Position numbers and translations under genes: made by a program. DNA of 64,000 nucleotides from positions 1,024,001 to 1,088,000 of the forward strand of contig CBDCMT010000001.1 of NCBI GenBank assembly GCA_965219095.1, given 5' to 3'. Source of the stretch: Bdellovibrionales bacterium. GTDB taxonomy: Bacteria > Bdellovibrionota > Bdellovibrionia > Bdellovibrionales > UBA1609. Positions 49,707 through 59,054 of this stretch are shown one piece after another (position 1 is the stretch's first letter; every line of letters starts with the position of its first letter). The notes below the pieces were generated by a model. That model made no database searches and was not told the DNA's origin. It worked only from the letters and a program-made list of their open reading frames with translations.

Positions 49707-49945
49707 TTTAAAAATTATACCCTGGAGCTTTTTGGAACGTTTATTTTTGAGACAAACATAAAGCGATCCTTGCTTTAAAAAAAAATTTGAACTCTTAGAG
49801 ATTGTAAAAGTGAAAATATAAACTTATGGATATTAAGGGCAATTTTCTTCTTGAAAAAGAGTACACATGGAAGTCTCCTGCTTATCTTGTCATAAGGATA
49901 GCTTTCTTTTATTATGGAGTATATCTTTTGGTATGATCCTAAATA
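49707..49945 (+). pseudogene. Degenerate, internally deleted paralog fragment of the 42362-43351 lipoprotein gene
   Basis: Shares gaaaaaga.tac..atggaagtctcctgcttatct and gctttcttttattatgga.ta.atcttttggtatgatcctaaata with 43085-43119 and 43252-43295. Confidence 0.75.
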
Positions 49946-50134
49946 GTCGAATCGTGAAAAATTGCCAAAAGTCTAGGTTAGTCGAACGTAAAAAAGTGTT
50001 TTTATGATTTTTTTAGATGTCATTCGGTGGAAGTTTTTTTAATCCCTAAGAAAATATCATAAAGGCTATTGACAAAAAGCTTCTCAAAGAAATGAAAACC
50101 AGTAGTGATCATTTTTAACGTGGAATTTGGGTAG

Positions 50135-50545
50135 TTAAGGCTTCTGAGTTGTAATAGCAAAACGTTTAGCACCACCTAACTTTATAACATCCATAACACT
50201 TATCACTTGTCCATGGGAGGCACGGCGGTCAGCTGAAATAATAGCTTGAATACGAGGCTTGGTCTTCACTAAAGCTTTAACATGATTTTGAAGTTGTTTT
50301 AAGTGTTTCATTCTTTTGCCGTTGAGAAACACTCTTCCACTGCGATGAATGGATACGGAAAGGGAAGAAGGGGTTAAAGTTTCGCCACTACTGGCTTTAG
50401 GGAGATCAACATTGAGAGCTGGCCTTAAGATAAGGGGTGTTGTTACCATAAAAATAATTAAAATGACTAGTATAATGTCAACAAAAGGAACAATGTTGAT
50501 TTCAGAAAGAAGTTCTTCTTGGGAAGATGAAAGTTTATAAGCCAT
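50135..50545 (-). CDS. ExbD/TolR-family protein
   Basis: EINIVPFVDIILVILIIFMVT, VDLPKA, ISADR...HG.V..VMD. Confidence 0.92.
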   Translation of the reverse strand: MAYKLSSSQEELLSEINIVPFVDIILVILIIFMVTTPLILRPALNVDLPKASSGETLTPSSLSVSIHRSGRVFLNGKRMKHLKQLQNHVKALVKTKPRIQAIISADRRASHGQVISVMDVIKLGGAKRFAITTQKP

Positions 50546-51176
50546 GAGATCTTACATCTTTCTTAGACAAAACAGAGGCTAAGCAGATATCCTTTGTGCT
50601 GTTAAGACCTTGTAAAATGTATTTGACTTGTTTTTGAAAGTAATTGTAAAAGATTCCTGCAGGAATAGCTACAAGCAATCCAAAAGCAGTTGCAACTAAA
50701 GCTTTTGAAATTCCTATCATAACAATCGTTGCCTCCCCTTGGCTTGTAGCAAGACCTTGAAAGGCCTCCATGACTCCAAAAACCGTTCCTAGAAGGCCTA
50801 TAAAAGGAGCATTAGAAGCTGTAGAGGCTAGAAAGGTAAGGTTTTTTTCTAAGAAAGGCCTTTCTTCTAAAACAAAAGAAGAAAGAAGTTCTTCTAACCC
50901 CTTTGATCCATATTGAGATGCATGCTTTAAGCCTAGATCTAAAAAACGTCCCTCTAGAGATTCCCAGTCTTTTGAAATCTTATCTAAAGACTTAAAGTCA
51001 GCTTGCCTCACACTCTCTCTAATATGGTAGTGGCTTTTTTGGCTGGATTTTTTGATTTTTTTAAGAAAGAAGTAGCGCTCAATGATAAAAGAAAGGCTGA
51101 ACACACTTATGATAAGAAGTATAATAAGGGTGAAATCATGACCATATTTAGAGATTTCAAAGAACGCTTGATTCAC
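50535..51176 (-). CDS. MotA/TolQ/ExbB proton-channel protein
   Basis: APFIGLLGTVFG, GISKALVATAFGLLVAIPA. Confidence 0.92.
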   Translation of the reverse strand: MNQAFFEISKYGHDFTLIILLIISVFSLSFIIERYFFLKKIKKSSQKSHYHIRESVRQADFKSLDKISKDWESLEGRFLDLGLKHASQYGSKGLEELLSSFVLEERPFLEKNLTFLASTASNAPFIGLLGTVFGVMEAFQGLATSQGEATIVMIGISKALVATAFGLLVAIPAGIFYNYFQKQVKYILQGLNSTKDICLASVLSKKDVRSHGL

Positions 51177-51560
51177 TATAACTTAATTATCTCCAACCTT
51201 AAAATGCTTCGTCAAGCTATGATAAAAATGAGGGTTTAGTTTAGACTTTTATCGAGATTTTTTAAAGCCTATAATGTGAAGAGCCTGTTAAATTAAATTG
51301 TGTAATGAACTTTTTTAATTTTAATTTTAATTTTATGAATTTCTCTTGATTTTTGCTTTCATTTCAAAATAAATGCTCTAATGAATCCATGTTGTGCTTT
51401 CCGTTACCTCCTACTGAAGAAAGTTCCTATCAAAAAATCACTATTTTAGCACTATTTTATGCCATCAATAAATCAATGAGCCCTCCTTTTATGCTATGAC
51501 CCTTTATTTTTCAAAAAAATCTTGATTTTCTTCCGATTTTCCTTCATAAGTGAGGGTGTT

Positions 51561-54254
51561 ATGAAGACTATAGGTGGCTTGAGGCCTGTTTTTTGGTTTA
51601 TAGCATTTAGCTTTGTTTTTCCCCTCTCTTCTGTGTCTTTAAAAAAAGACAGCTATCTTTTTAATATTCATCAATTTCTATTTAGAGGAAAGCGCTCAGG
51701 AGAGGCCTACTTTAATAGAGATGGGTCTCAGATGGTGTTTCAAGCTGAGGGAGAAGAAGATAATCCTTTTTATCAAATCTATACCCGTGATATGAAGACT
51801 GGTGAAGTAAGGCGAATCTCTTTGGGTTGGGCAAAGACCACTTGTGCTTGGCCCCATTACCAGTCTACAGCTGAAAAACCTTATGTTTTATTTGCTTCTA
51901 CTCATGGAGAAGGTAAAAAGCTTTCTTTGGAAAAACAAAAAAACTTTCAGGCAAAAAAAAACTATGCTTGGGATTATGATTCAGCCTTTGATTTGTATGA
52001 GTATAGAAAAGGATCTTATAAGAGATTAACTTCAGGCTTAGGTTATGATGCTGAAGGGAGTTATTCACCTGATGGAAGGTTTGTTGTTTTTTCCTCTAAT
52101 GCTTGGGCTTATAGAAAGTTTTCTCGCTCCAAAGTTGATAAAAATCCTTCTTTTTATTTAGATCTTTTTCTTATGGAGCTTTCTAACAAAAAAGTATTAA
52201 GGCTTACTCATACTTTAGGCTATGATGGGGGTGCTTTTTTTAGTCCCGATGGGAAGTCTATTGTGTGGCGCAGGTTTTCTCCTAAAGGTAGAGAGTCTGA
52301 AATTTTTAATATGAAAATTGATGGTTCTGAGGTGAAACAGTTAACCCATCTCAAGACTATGAGTTGGGCACCTTTTTATCATCCTTCAGGTGAGTATATT
52401 ATTTTTACAACAGCTTTGCATGGTCATAGAAATTTTGAACTTTATGTTGTGGATGTAGAAGGAGTAAGACAACCTCTTCGCATTACTTATAATAAAGTTT
52501 TTGATGGTCTTCCTGTTTTTCATCCTAATGGAAAAGAGCTTTTCTGGGTGCAGAAAAGAAAACAAGCCCATGTTTATAAAGCGATTTGGAATCATAGAAA
52601 AGTTCAAAAAGATTTAAGATCTTCTCCTTACCGCAGAAAAAAAAAGATAAGCCAAAAAAAATTAAAAGAGTGGGTTTATTATCTAGCTTCAAAAAAGCTT
52701 AGAGGTAGAAATACAGGAAGCCTTGAGGAGAAAATCTATTCCCAAAAATTAAAAGAAACTTTTAAATCTTATGGTCTTCAAATTTTCCCCTCATCCCAAA
52801 GTGCTTTTGATGTTGTTAGAGAAAGAAAGGTTCTATCCGAAAGCTTTCTTAAATTGGAAGGAAAGGCTTTGAGACTTAAAAAACAGTGGATGCCTATAAG
52901 TGCAAGTGATTCTGTGGTTCAAGCTAAGGTGGTTTTTTCTGGTTATGGTTTAGATATTCCAAAGACTAATAAGACAAAAGCCTACCGATCCTATAAGCAT
53001 AAGGTCAAGGGCCACTGGGCTTTAATTTTAGACGGGTTACCTGAAAACTTAAGTTCAAGGCAAAGAAGTCAACTTTACCCTTACTCTCATATAGAGCAAA
53101 AGATGCTAACAGCTCGTAAGAAAGGGGCAAAAGGGCTTCTTGTGGCAACAAAAAAAGAGTTTTTTTCTCAGGCTCCTTTACACTCTGATTCTTTTCCTGT
53201 GGTCTTTATGCCACATAGCTTGATAGAAAAGTTAAAAGGAAAAAAGGTATCCTTTTATGCTAAGTTTAAAGACAAAATCACAAAGGCTCACAACACTTTA
53301 GCCTTCCTGAAAGTTAAAGGAGCTCAAAACACTGTTATTGTAGGAGCTCATGGGGATCATTTAGGCCATGGAGCTCATCCTTCGTCTTTTGACGGAGGGC
53401 TTCATTATGGAGCTGATGATAACGCTTCAGGAGTGGCTGGGTTAATGGAGTTAGCTTTTTATTTTTCAAGACCTGAGCTAAAAAATCATTTAAAGCAGAA
53501 CATTTTATTTGCCGTATGGAGCGGGGAGGAATTAGGGCTTCTTGGTTCTAGAAGTTTTGTAGAAAAGGGTTTAGTAAAGAATGTTTCTGCTTATGTGAAT
53601 ATGGATATGATAGGGCGTATGAAAGATAAACTTTATGTGCAAGGCTTAGGTTCAAGCTCTGATTGGAAGAAGATTTTAAAAAAAATAAGAATCCCTTATG
53701 CGAAGTTTTCCCTTTCCTATCATGATGATGTGTTTTTACCTACAGATACGATGAGTTTTTATGATCATGGAATTTGTATTTTAAATTTTTTCACAGGAGT
53801 TCATGAGGATTATCATAAAGAAAGTGATCAAGCTTCGAAGATCAACTTTCAAGGCCTCCTTTTTGTGACCGAAACGGTAAGGCAGGTTGTGGAAGCAATT
53901 GCTAAAAGCCCTCAAATTTTAAAATATGAAAAAAAAGAACCTATAAGACCTTACAGGTCTCAAAGACGAGTTCGTAGAAATATGGCCTTTCAAGTCTCTT
54001 TAGGAACAGTTCCTGACTATGCATATAAAAAAGCTCTTAAAATCTCATTAGTTCGCAAAAAAAGTCCCGCCTCTAAAGCAGGACTTCAAAAAGGAGATAT
54101 TATTGTAAAGTTAGGATCTGTTCAGGTAAAAAACCTTTATGATTATGTTTACGCACTGTCTCAATTAAAACCCCTTCAAAAAGTCCCTATTGAATGGTTA
54201 AGAGGTGAGTCAAAAAAGACAGCCTCCATTTTTCCAGAGCCTCGTCAGCACTAA
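51561..54254 (+). CDS. TolB-like beta-propeller + PA + M28 peptidase + PDZ protein
   Basis: PD40 repeats (YDAEGSYSPDG, YDGGAFFSPDG), VGAH.DHLG, GADDNASG, SGEELGLLGS, NMDMIGR, SPA.KAGL..GD; start likely ATG 51561. Confidence 0.9.
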   Translation: MKTIGGLRPVFWFIAFSFVFPLSSVSLKKDSYLFNIHQFLFRGKRSGEAYFNRDGSQMVFQAEGEEDNPFYQIYTRDMKTGEVRRISLGWAKTTCAWPHYQSTAEKPYVLFASTHGEGKKLSLEKQKNFQAKKNYAWDYDSAFDLYEYRKGSYKRLTSGLGYDAEGSYSPDGRFVVFSSNAWAYRKFSRSKVDKNPSFYLDLFLMELSNKKVLRLTHTLGYDGGAFFSPDGKSIVWRRFSPKGRESEIFNMKIDGSEVKQLTHLKTMSWAPFYHPSGEYIIFTTALHGHRNFELYVVDVEGVRQPLRITYNKVFDGLPVFHPNGKELFWVQKRKQAHVYKAIWNHRKVQKDLRSSPYRRKKKISQKKLKEWVYYLASKKLRGRNTGSLEEKIYSQKLKETFKSYGLQIFPSSQSAFDVVRERKVLSESFLKLEGKALRLKKQWMPISASDSVVQAKVVFSGYGLDIPKTNKTKAYRSYKHKVKGHWALILDGLPENLSSRQRSQLYPYSHIEQKMLTARKKGAKGLLVATKKEFFSQAPLHSDSFPVVFMPHSLIEKLKGKKVSFYAKFKDKITKAHNTLAFLKVKGAQNTVIVGAHGDHLGHGAHPSSFDGGLHYGADDNASGVAGLMELAFYFSRPELKNHLKQNILFAVWSGEELGLLGSRSFVEKGLVKNVSAYVNMDMIGRMKDKLYVQGLGSSSDWKKILKKIRIPYAKFSLSYHDDVFLPTDTMSFYDHGICILNFFTGVHEDYHKESDQASKINFQGLLFVTETVRQVVEAIAKSPQILKYEKKEPIRPYRSQRRVRRNMAFQVSLGTVPDYAYKKALKISLVRKKSPASKAGLQKGDIIVKLGSVQVKNLYDYVYALSQLKPLQKVPIEWLRGESKKTASIFPEPRQH

Positions 54255-54354
54255 CTTAAACACCATTTTTTTAGTTTTTTAGCCTATGGTCTAGGATAAG
54301 AGATTTTGATTTGAGTCCTTTTTTAAAGAAATTTATAATGGTTTTAAGGAGTTA

Positions 54355-54642
54355 GTGGTTATGAACCGATCAGATCTTGTCAGAAATATTTCTGAAACAG
54401 CAGACATTACTTTAGTCAAAGCTGAAAAATTAGTGGATCTTATTTTTGATTCTATGATAGAGGTTTTAGAAAACAATCATCGTGTTGAGATAAGGGGTTT
54501 TGGCACTTTTGTTAATCGTTATTATAAGTCTTACGAAGGACGCAACCCTTACTCCGGTAAAATTGTTTATGTTAAGGATAAGAGAGTTCCTTTTTTTAAA
54601 GCAGGGAAAAAACTTAGGGACTTGATCAATTCTAAAAGATAA
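54355..54642 (+). CDS. HU/IHF-family DNA-binding protein (IHF-beta-like)
   Basis: MNRSDLV, RVEIRGFGTF, GRNP.SG, PFFKAGK.LR. Confidence 0.92.
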   Translation: MVMNRSDLVRNISETADITLVKAEKLVDLIFDSMIEVLENNHRVEIRGFGTFVNRYYKSYEGRNPYSGKIVYVKDKRVPFFKAGKKLRDLINSKR

Positions 54643-54655
54643 TCTTAATGCTTTC

Positions 54656-54940
54656 GTGTCTCTTATTTACGAAGTAAACATCAATGTGGAAAAACAAAAG
54701 GCCGTTAGGAATTGGCTTAAAGAGCATATGGAAGAGATGTTGGAGTGTGAGGGCTTTAAAAAGGCCTTTCTTTTTGAGCATTCTGAAGGCTATGTGGTTC
54801 ACTACTTTGTGGATTCTCAGAAAAGCCTTCAAAATTATCTTCATGGCCCTAAGAAAGAGGCTATGAGGGCTTTAGGCTTGAAATTTTTCGAAAGTAGAAA
54901 AGTTGAAATCAATCGACGTATTTTAGTTGAAATTTTCTGA
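54656..54940 (+). CDS. DUF4286-like small protein
   Basis: LIYEVN..V, WL..H..EML...GF, L..YL pattern. Confidence 0.6.
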   Translation: MSLIYEVNINVEKQKAVRNWLKEHMEEMLECEGFKKAFLFEHSEGYVVHYFVDSQKSLQNYLHGPKKEAMRALGLKFFESRKVEINRRILVEIF

Positions 54941-54995
54941 AATATAATCTATAGTTTTTTGCAGTCACTTATCAAACAAATAAAAGGAGGATGTT

Positions 54996-55436
54996 ATGGG
55001 ACAGACAAAGAAAAGTTCAAAAGTATCAGATTCTCTTGTGAAAGAGATTCGAAAAATAGGAAAAAGGTTAGGAAATATTGAAAAGATTGAATTGGCTGCT
55101 ATTGCTAAAGATCTTTTAAGGTTAGGTAAAGGAAAAAAAGCTCAGGCTAAAGAATCTCTACAGCTTTATGCTATTGTTAAAGATCTTCTGAAGGTAGGAA
55201 AAAGCCTCAATAAAGAGAAGATTGAAGCGTTAGGAAACGAAGGGTTAAACATGTTGTTAAAATTGCAGCCTAAACTTGAAAAAGAATGGAATAAGATCAA
55301 AAAAGATATAGATAAGGAACTTCTCAAAGTAGAGGGCCTTTTTAAAAAACTCAGAACGTCTATGAAAAAACACAATAGAAAAACAACAAGAACAAGAAAG
55401 CGTAAAACTAAAAGAAAAGTTGGTAAGAAAAAATAG
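54996..55436 (+). CDS. Basic helical hypothetical protein
   Basis: SD aaaggagg; internal repeat; K/R-rich tail. Confidence 0.65.
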   Translation: MGQTKKSSKVSDSLVKEIRKIGKRLGNIEKIELAAIAKDLLRLGKGKKAQAKESLQLYAIVKDLLKVGKSLNKEKIEALGNEGLNMLLKLQPKLEKEWNKIKKDIDKELLKVEGLFKKLRTSMKKHNRKTTRTRKRKTKRKVGKKK

Positions 55437-55444
55437 TTGATCCT

Positions 55445-58276
55445 ATGAAGCTTTTTTATGAAGAGAGCTTTGTGAGACGTCATATAGGCCCTGATGAAAA
55501 ACAGATAGGGCGGATGTTGTCTTTGCTTTGTTTTAAGAGCTTAGATGATATGGTGTCTCATGTTGTACCTGAAAAGATACTAAGTTCTTTTTCTTGTAAA
55601 AAAAATGAGGCTTTAAGTGAAAGAGGGTTAAAAGATTATGTAAGCCTTCTTGCTTCTATGAATCATATTTATAGGAGCTATATTGGTCACGGCTATTACG
55701 GAACAATAACTCCTAGTGTTCTTCAGAGAAATATTTTAGAGAATCCTAGCTGGTACACAGCTTATACGCCTTATCAGGCTGAGATATCTCAAGGACGTCT
55801 AGAAGCTTTGATTAACTTCCAAAACATGGTTTGTGATCTAACAGGAATGGAGATTGCTAACAGCTCTCTTTTAGATGAGGCTACAGCAGCTAGTGAAGCT
55901 ATGAGTTTGTGTTACTCTCTAAAGTCAAATCAGGATGGTTCTTTATTTTTTATTGATAAAAACATTTTTCCTGCAACTCGTTCTATTTTGTTAACAAGGG
56001 CGGAGTCCTTAGGAATTAAGTGCGTGGAAGGAGATATAAATAAGTTAGATCATAAAAGTAGAGCTGGTTGTTTTGCTGTGTTCGTTCAGTATCCTTCTAA
56101 GAGTGGGATTCTTCGAAAGCAGGCTAAGGGTAAGTCTAAGCTCATTGTTTCTAGTGACCTTTTAAGCTTGACTCTTTTAGAACCTCCTGGAGAGTGGGGT
56201 GCTGATGTGGTAGTAGGGAGCACGCAACGTTTGGGAGTTCCTATGGGTTATGGAGGGCCTCATGCGGCTTATTTAGCAACAAAAAAAATTTATAAAAGAC
56301 GTCTTCCGGGACGTCTTGTAGGAGTGTCTAAGGATGTTTATGAGAGAACAGCTTATCGCTTAGCTTTGCAAACCCGTGAACAGCATATTAGAAGAGAAAA
56401 AGCTACAAGCAATATTTGTACAGCACAAGTTTTACTAGCGGTTATGGCTTCTTGTTATGCTGTTTACCATGGCCCTAAAGGGCTTAAGGCCATTGCTTCT
56501 CAGATTCATGAGAAAACAAAACTCTTAGTCTCTGAGCTTTTAAAACAAGGACTTAAAATTCCTCAAGATACGTATTTTGATACTTTTGAAATCTTTATGG
56601 CTCAAGATCAGATTGATGAAGTGAAAAAAAGGGCTGAATATGAAAGAGTTAATTTATTTTATTCTCTTGACCGCATCCGGTTATCTTTAGATGAAACTGT
56701 AACGAAAAAAGATATAGAGGATCTTATTTTCATTTTTACAGGTAGCAGACAAAATCTTCCCGAAGATCTTAAAGTGGATCTGTCTTATGAACCTCTATGT
56801 TTTAAAAGAAAGAGTGAGTTTCTTACTCATAAGATCTTTAACAGTTATCACTCAGAAACGGAGATGATGAGATATCTTCATAGTTTGGCGAAAAAAGATC
56901 TAGCTTTAAATCAATCTATGATTCCTTTAGGTTCTTGCACTATGAAGTTAAACAGTGCTACGGAAATGGAGGCTATCACAGATATTCGTTGGTCTAACTT
57001 ACATCCCTTTGTTCCGCACTATCAAGCTAAAGGTTATGAAGTGATGATGAGAGAATTAGAAGATATTTTAAAAAAGCTTACAGGTTTTTCTGCTTTTTCT
57101 TTTCAACCCAATGCAGGCTCTCAAGGTGAGTATGCCGGTCTTTTAGCTATTAGACAGTATCATAAAAGCCGTGGTGATGAGAAAAGAAATATCTGTTTAA
57201 TACCTACATCAGCTCATGGTACGAATCCTTCTAGTGCTGTTTTAGCTGGTATGGAAGTTATTCCTGTAGCTTGTGATGAAAAAGGCAATATTGATTTAGA
57301 AAACTTAAAATTGAAACTTAAAAAATATAAAGAAAGGATTTCATGTTTTATGATAACTTACCCCTCAACTCATGGAGTTTTCGAAGAGAGTGTGAAGGAA
57401 ATATGTGCTTGGGTGCATGAGTATGGAGGACAAGTTTATATGGATGGAGCTAATTTTAATGCTATTGTAGGTCTTTGTCGTCTTCTAGATTTAGGATGTG
57501 ATGTGGCTCATTTGAATTTACATAAAACCTTTTGCATTCCTCATGGTGGTGGGGGACCGGGAGTCGGACCTATTGGTATTGCAGAACATTTAAAAAATTA
57601 CCTACCCTCCCATGATGTAGTGGATTTAGGTTTTAAAGGTAAACCTGTATCTCAAGCTCCTTGGGGAAGTGCAAGTATCTTGCTTATTTCTTGGAGTTAT
57701 TGTCGTATGATGGGTTTTGAAGGATTGAAAAAAGCCACACAAGTAGCTATTTTGAATGCTAATTATTTACGTCATCGGTTAAAGGATCATTACGAAGTGC
57801 TTTTTACAGGTCAAGGAGGTTTTGTAGCTCATGAATGTATTTTAGATTTTAGGTCCTTTCAATTAAAACATGATATCACTGTAGACGATATAGCCAAAAG
57901 ACTTATGGATTATGGTTTTCATGCTCCCACACAGAGTTGGCCCCTTCAGGGAACTCTTATGATAGAGCCTACAGAAAGTGAAACAAAAGGTGAATTAGAT
58001 AGGTTTTGTGAAGCTTTGATCGCCATTCGAGAGGAGATTAGAGAGATTGAGACAAAAAAAATCAAGAAAGAAGATAGTGTTTTAGCTAAAGCACCTCATA
58101 CTATAGAGGATCTTATGCAGAAAAACTGGGATAGAGCTTACTCTAAAAACAAAGCTTTTTATCCTCTGCCATGGCTTAAAGATAAAAAATTCTTAATTCC
58201 TGTGAATCGTATTGATAACGTTTATGGTGACAGAAATTTATTTTGTACTTGTGTTCCTTTAGAGGAATATACTTAA
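55445..58276 (+). CDS. gcvP: Glycine dehydrogenase (decarboxylating), single-chain P protein
   Basis: F..RHIGP, YTPYQAEISQGRLEAL, QTREQHIRREKATSNICTAQ, HLNLHKTF, EPTESE. Confidence 0.97.
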   Translation: MKLFYEESFVRRHIGPDEKQIGRMLSLLCFKSLDDMVSHVVPEKILSSFSCKKNEALSERGLKDYVSLLASMNHIYRSYIGHGYYGTITPSVLQRNILENPSWYTAYTPYQAEISQGRLEALINFQNMVCDLTGMEIANSSLLDEATAASEAMSLCYSLKSNQDGSLFFIDKNIFPATRSILLTRAESLGIKCVEGDINKLDHKSRAGCFAVFVQYPSKSGILRKQAKGKSKLIVSSDLLSLTLLEPPGEWGADVVVGSTQRLGVPMGYGGPHAAYLATKKIYKRRLPGRLVGVSKDVYERTAYRLALQTREQHIRREKATSNICTAQVLLAVMASCYAVYHGPKGLKAIASQIHEKTKLLVSELLKQGLKIPQDTYFDTFEIFMAQDQIDEVKKRAEYERVNLFYSLDRIRLSLDETVTKKDIEDLIFIFTGSRQNLPEDLKVDLSYEPLCFKRKSEFLTHKIFNSYHSETEMMRYLHSLAKKDLALNQSMIPLGSCTMKLNSATEMEAITDIRWSNLHPFVPHYQAKGYEVMMRELEDILKKLTGFSAFSFQPNAGSQGEYAGLLAIRQYHKSRGDEKRNICLIPTSAHGTNPSSAVLAGMEVIPVACDEKGNIDLENLKLKLKKYKERISCFMITYPSTHGVFEESVKEICAWVHEYGGQVYMDGANFNAIVGLCRLLDLGCDVAHLNLHKTFCIPHGGGGPGVGPIGIAEHLKNYLPSHDVVDLGFKGKPVSQAPWGSASILLISWSYCRMMGFEGLKKATQVAILNANYLRHRLKDHYEVLFTGQGGFVAHECILDFRSFQLKHDITVDDIAKRLMDYGFHAPTQSWPLQGTLMIEPTESETKGELDRFCEALIAIREEIREIETKKIKKEDSVLAKAPHTIEDLMQKNWDRAYSKNKAFYPLPWLKDKKFLIPVNRIDNVYGDRNLFCTCVPLEEYT

Positions 58277-58326
58277 ATTCGATGTGAGAAATATACACTA
58301 TATTTTTCATTTTAAGAGGTTCTTAT

Positions 58327-58695
58327 CTGTAACTCGGTTTCTTAACAACCCTTGACTCTTACGAAGACGGATGTTTCTTAGATTTTAAAGGAGAAGTTTT
58401 TATTGATCTTGTTGTAAAACGAGAACCTGTAAGACGTTTTCCTAAGGCTTTCCTCATTATAAAAATATAGAGAAGTTCTTCCAGAATAATTCCTAGTTTT
58501 TTTCCGTATTGTGATTTGCTTTGTGTTTTCTTCTTTAAGAACGAAGTTCTCTTGTATAATCGAGAGGCGTTTTAATAGGTATCTTTTTGATAGACTTTTT
58601 TAAATTAATCCCTTCTTCCATAAAATCCTCCCTCTAAGAAAAACTTATAAGAGAAATTTAAGCTTGGATAGGGCGGTCAGATAACCGAGTTACAG
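58327..58695. repeat. 369-bp segment bounded by a 13-bp inverted repeat (MITE-like)
   Basis: ctgtaactcggtt (58327-58339) / aaccgagttacag (58683-58695); related copy at 62812-62828. Confidence 0.5.
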
Positions 58696-59054
58696 CTTTC
58701 CTAACTAGTCGAACGTGAAAAATGCACAAACAGCTAAAAACACTTGTTTTTTTGTAATTTTTGCATAAAAATAATTGCAAGGAAGTGGAAAAACAGATAA
58801 AAAACCTTGCAAAACAGAAAGGAAAAAAGATGAGGCCAAAAGACATGTTCAGCACACAAAAGAGAAGCCCTCTTAATTTTAGAGTAAACGACATTGTTCA
58901 TAAGAAGCATCCGCTTGTCATTTTAGCTAATAAAATAGACTGGGATCGTTTTGATAAAGATTTTGGTTCGAAGTATGATGAAAAAAAAGGTCGTCCAGGT
59001 CTTTCAACTCGTTTAATGGTGGGACTTCAGTGCTTGAAATACATTTATAATTCA

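Noticed and set aside
49707..49945. DGR template/variable repeat pair with 42362-43351
   Set aside because: Mismatches are not adenine-specific and there is no RT gene.
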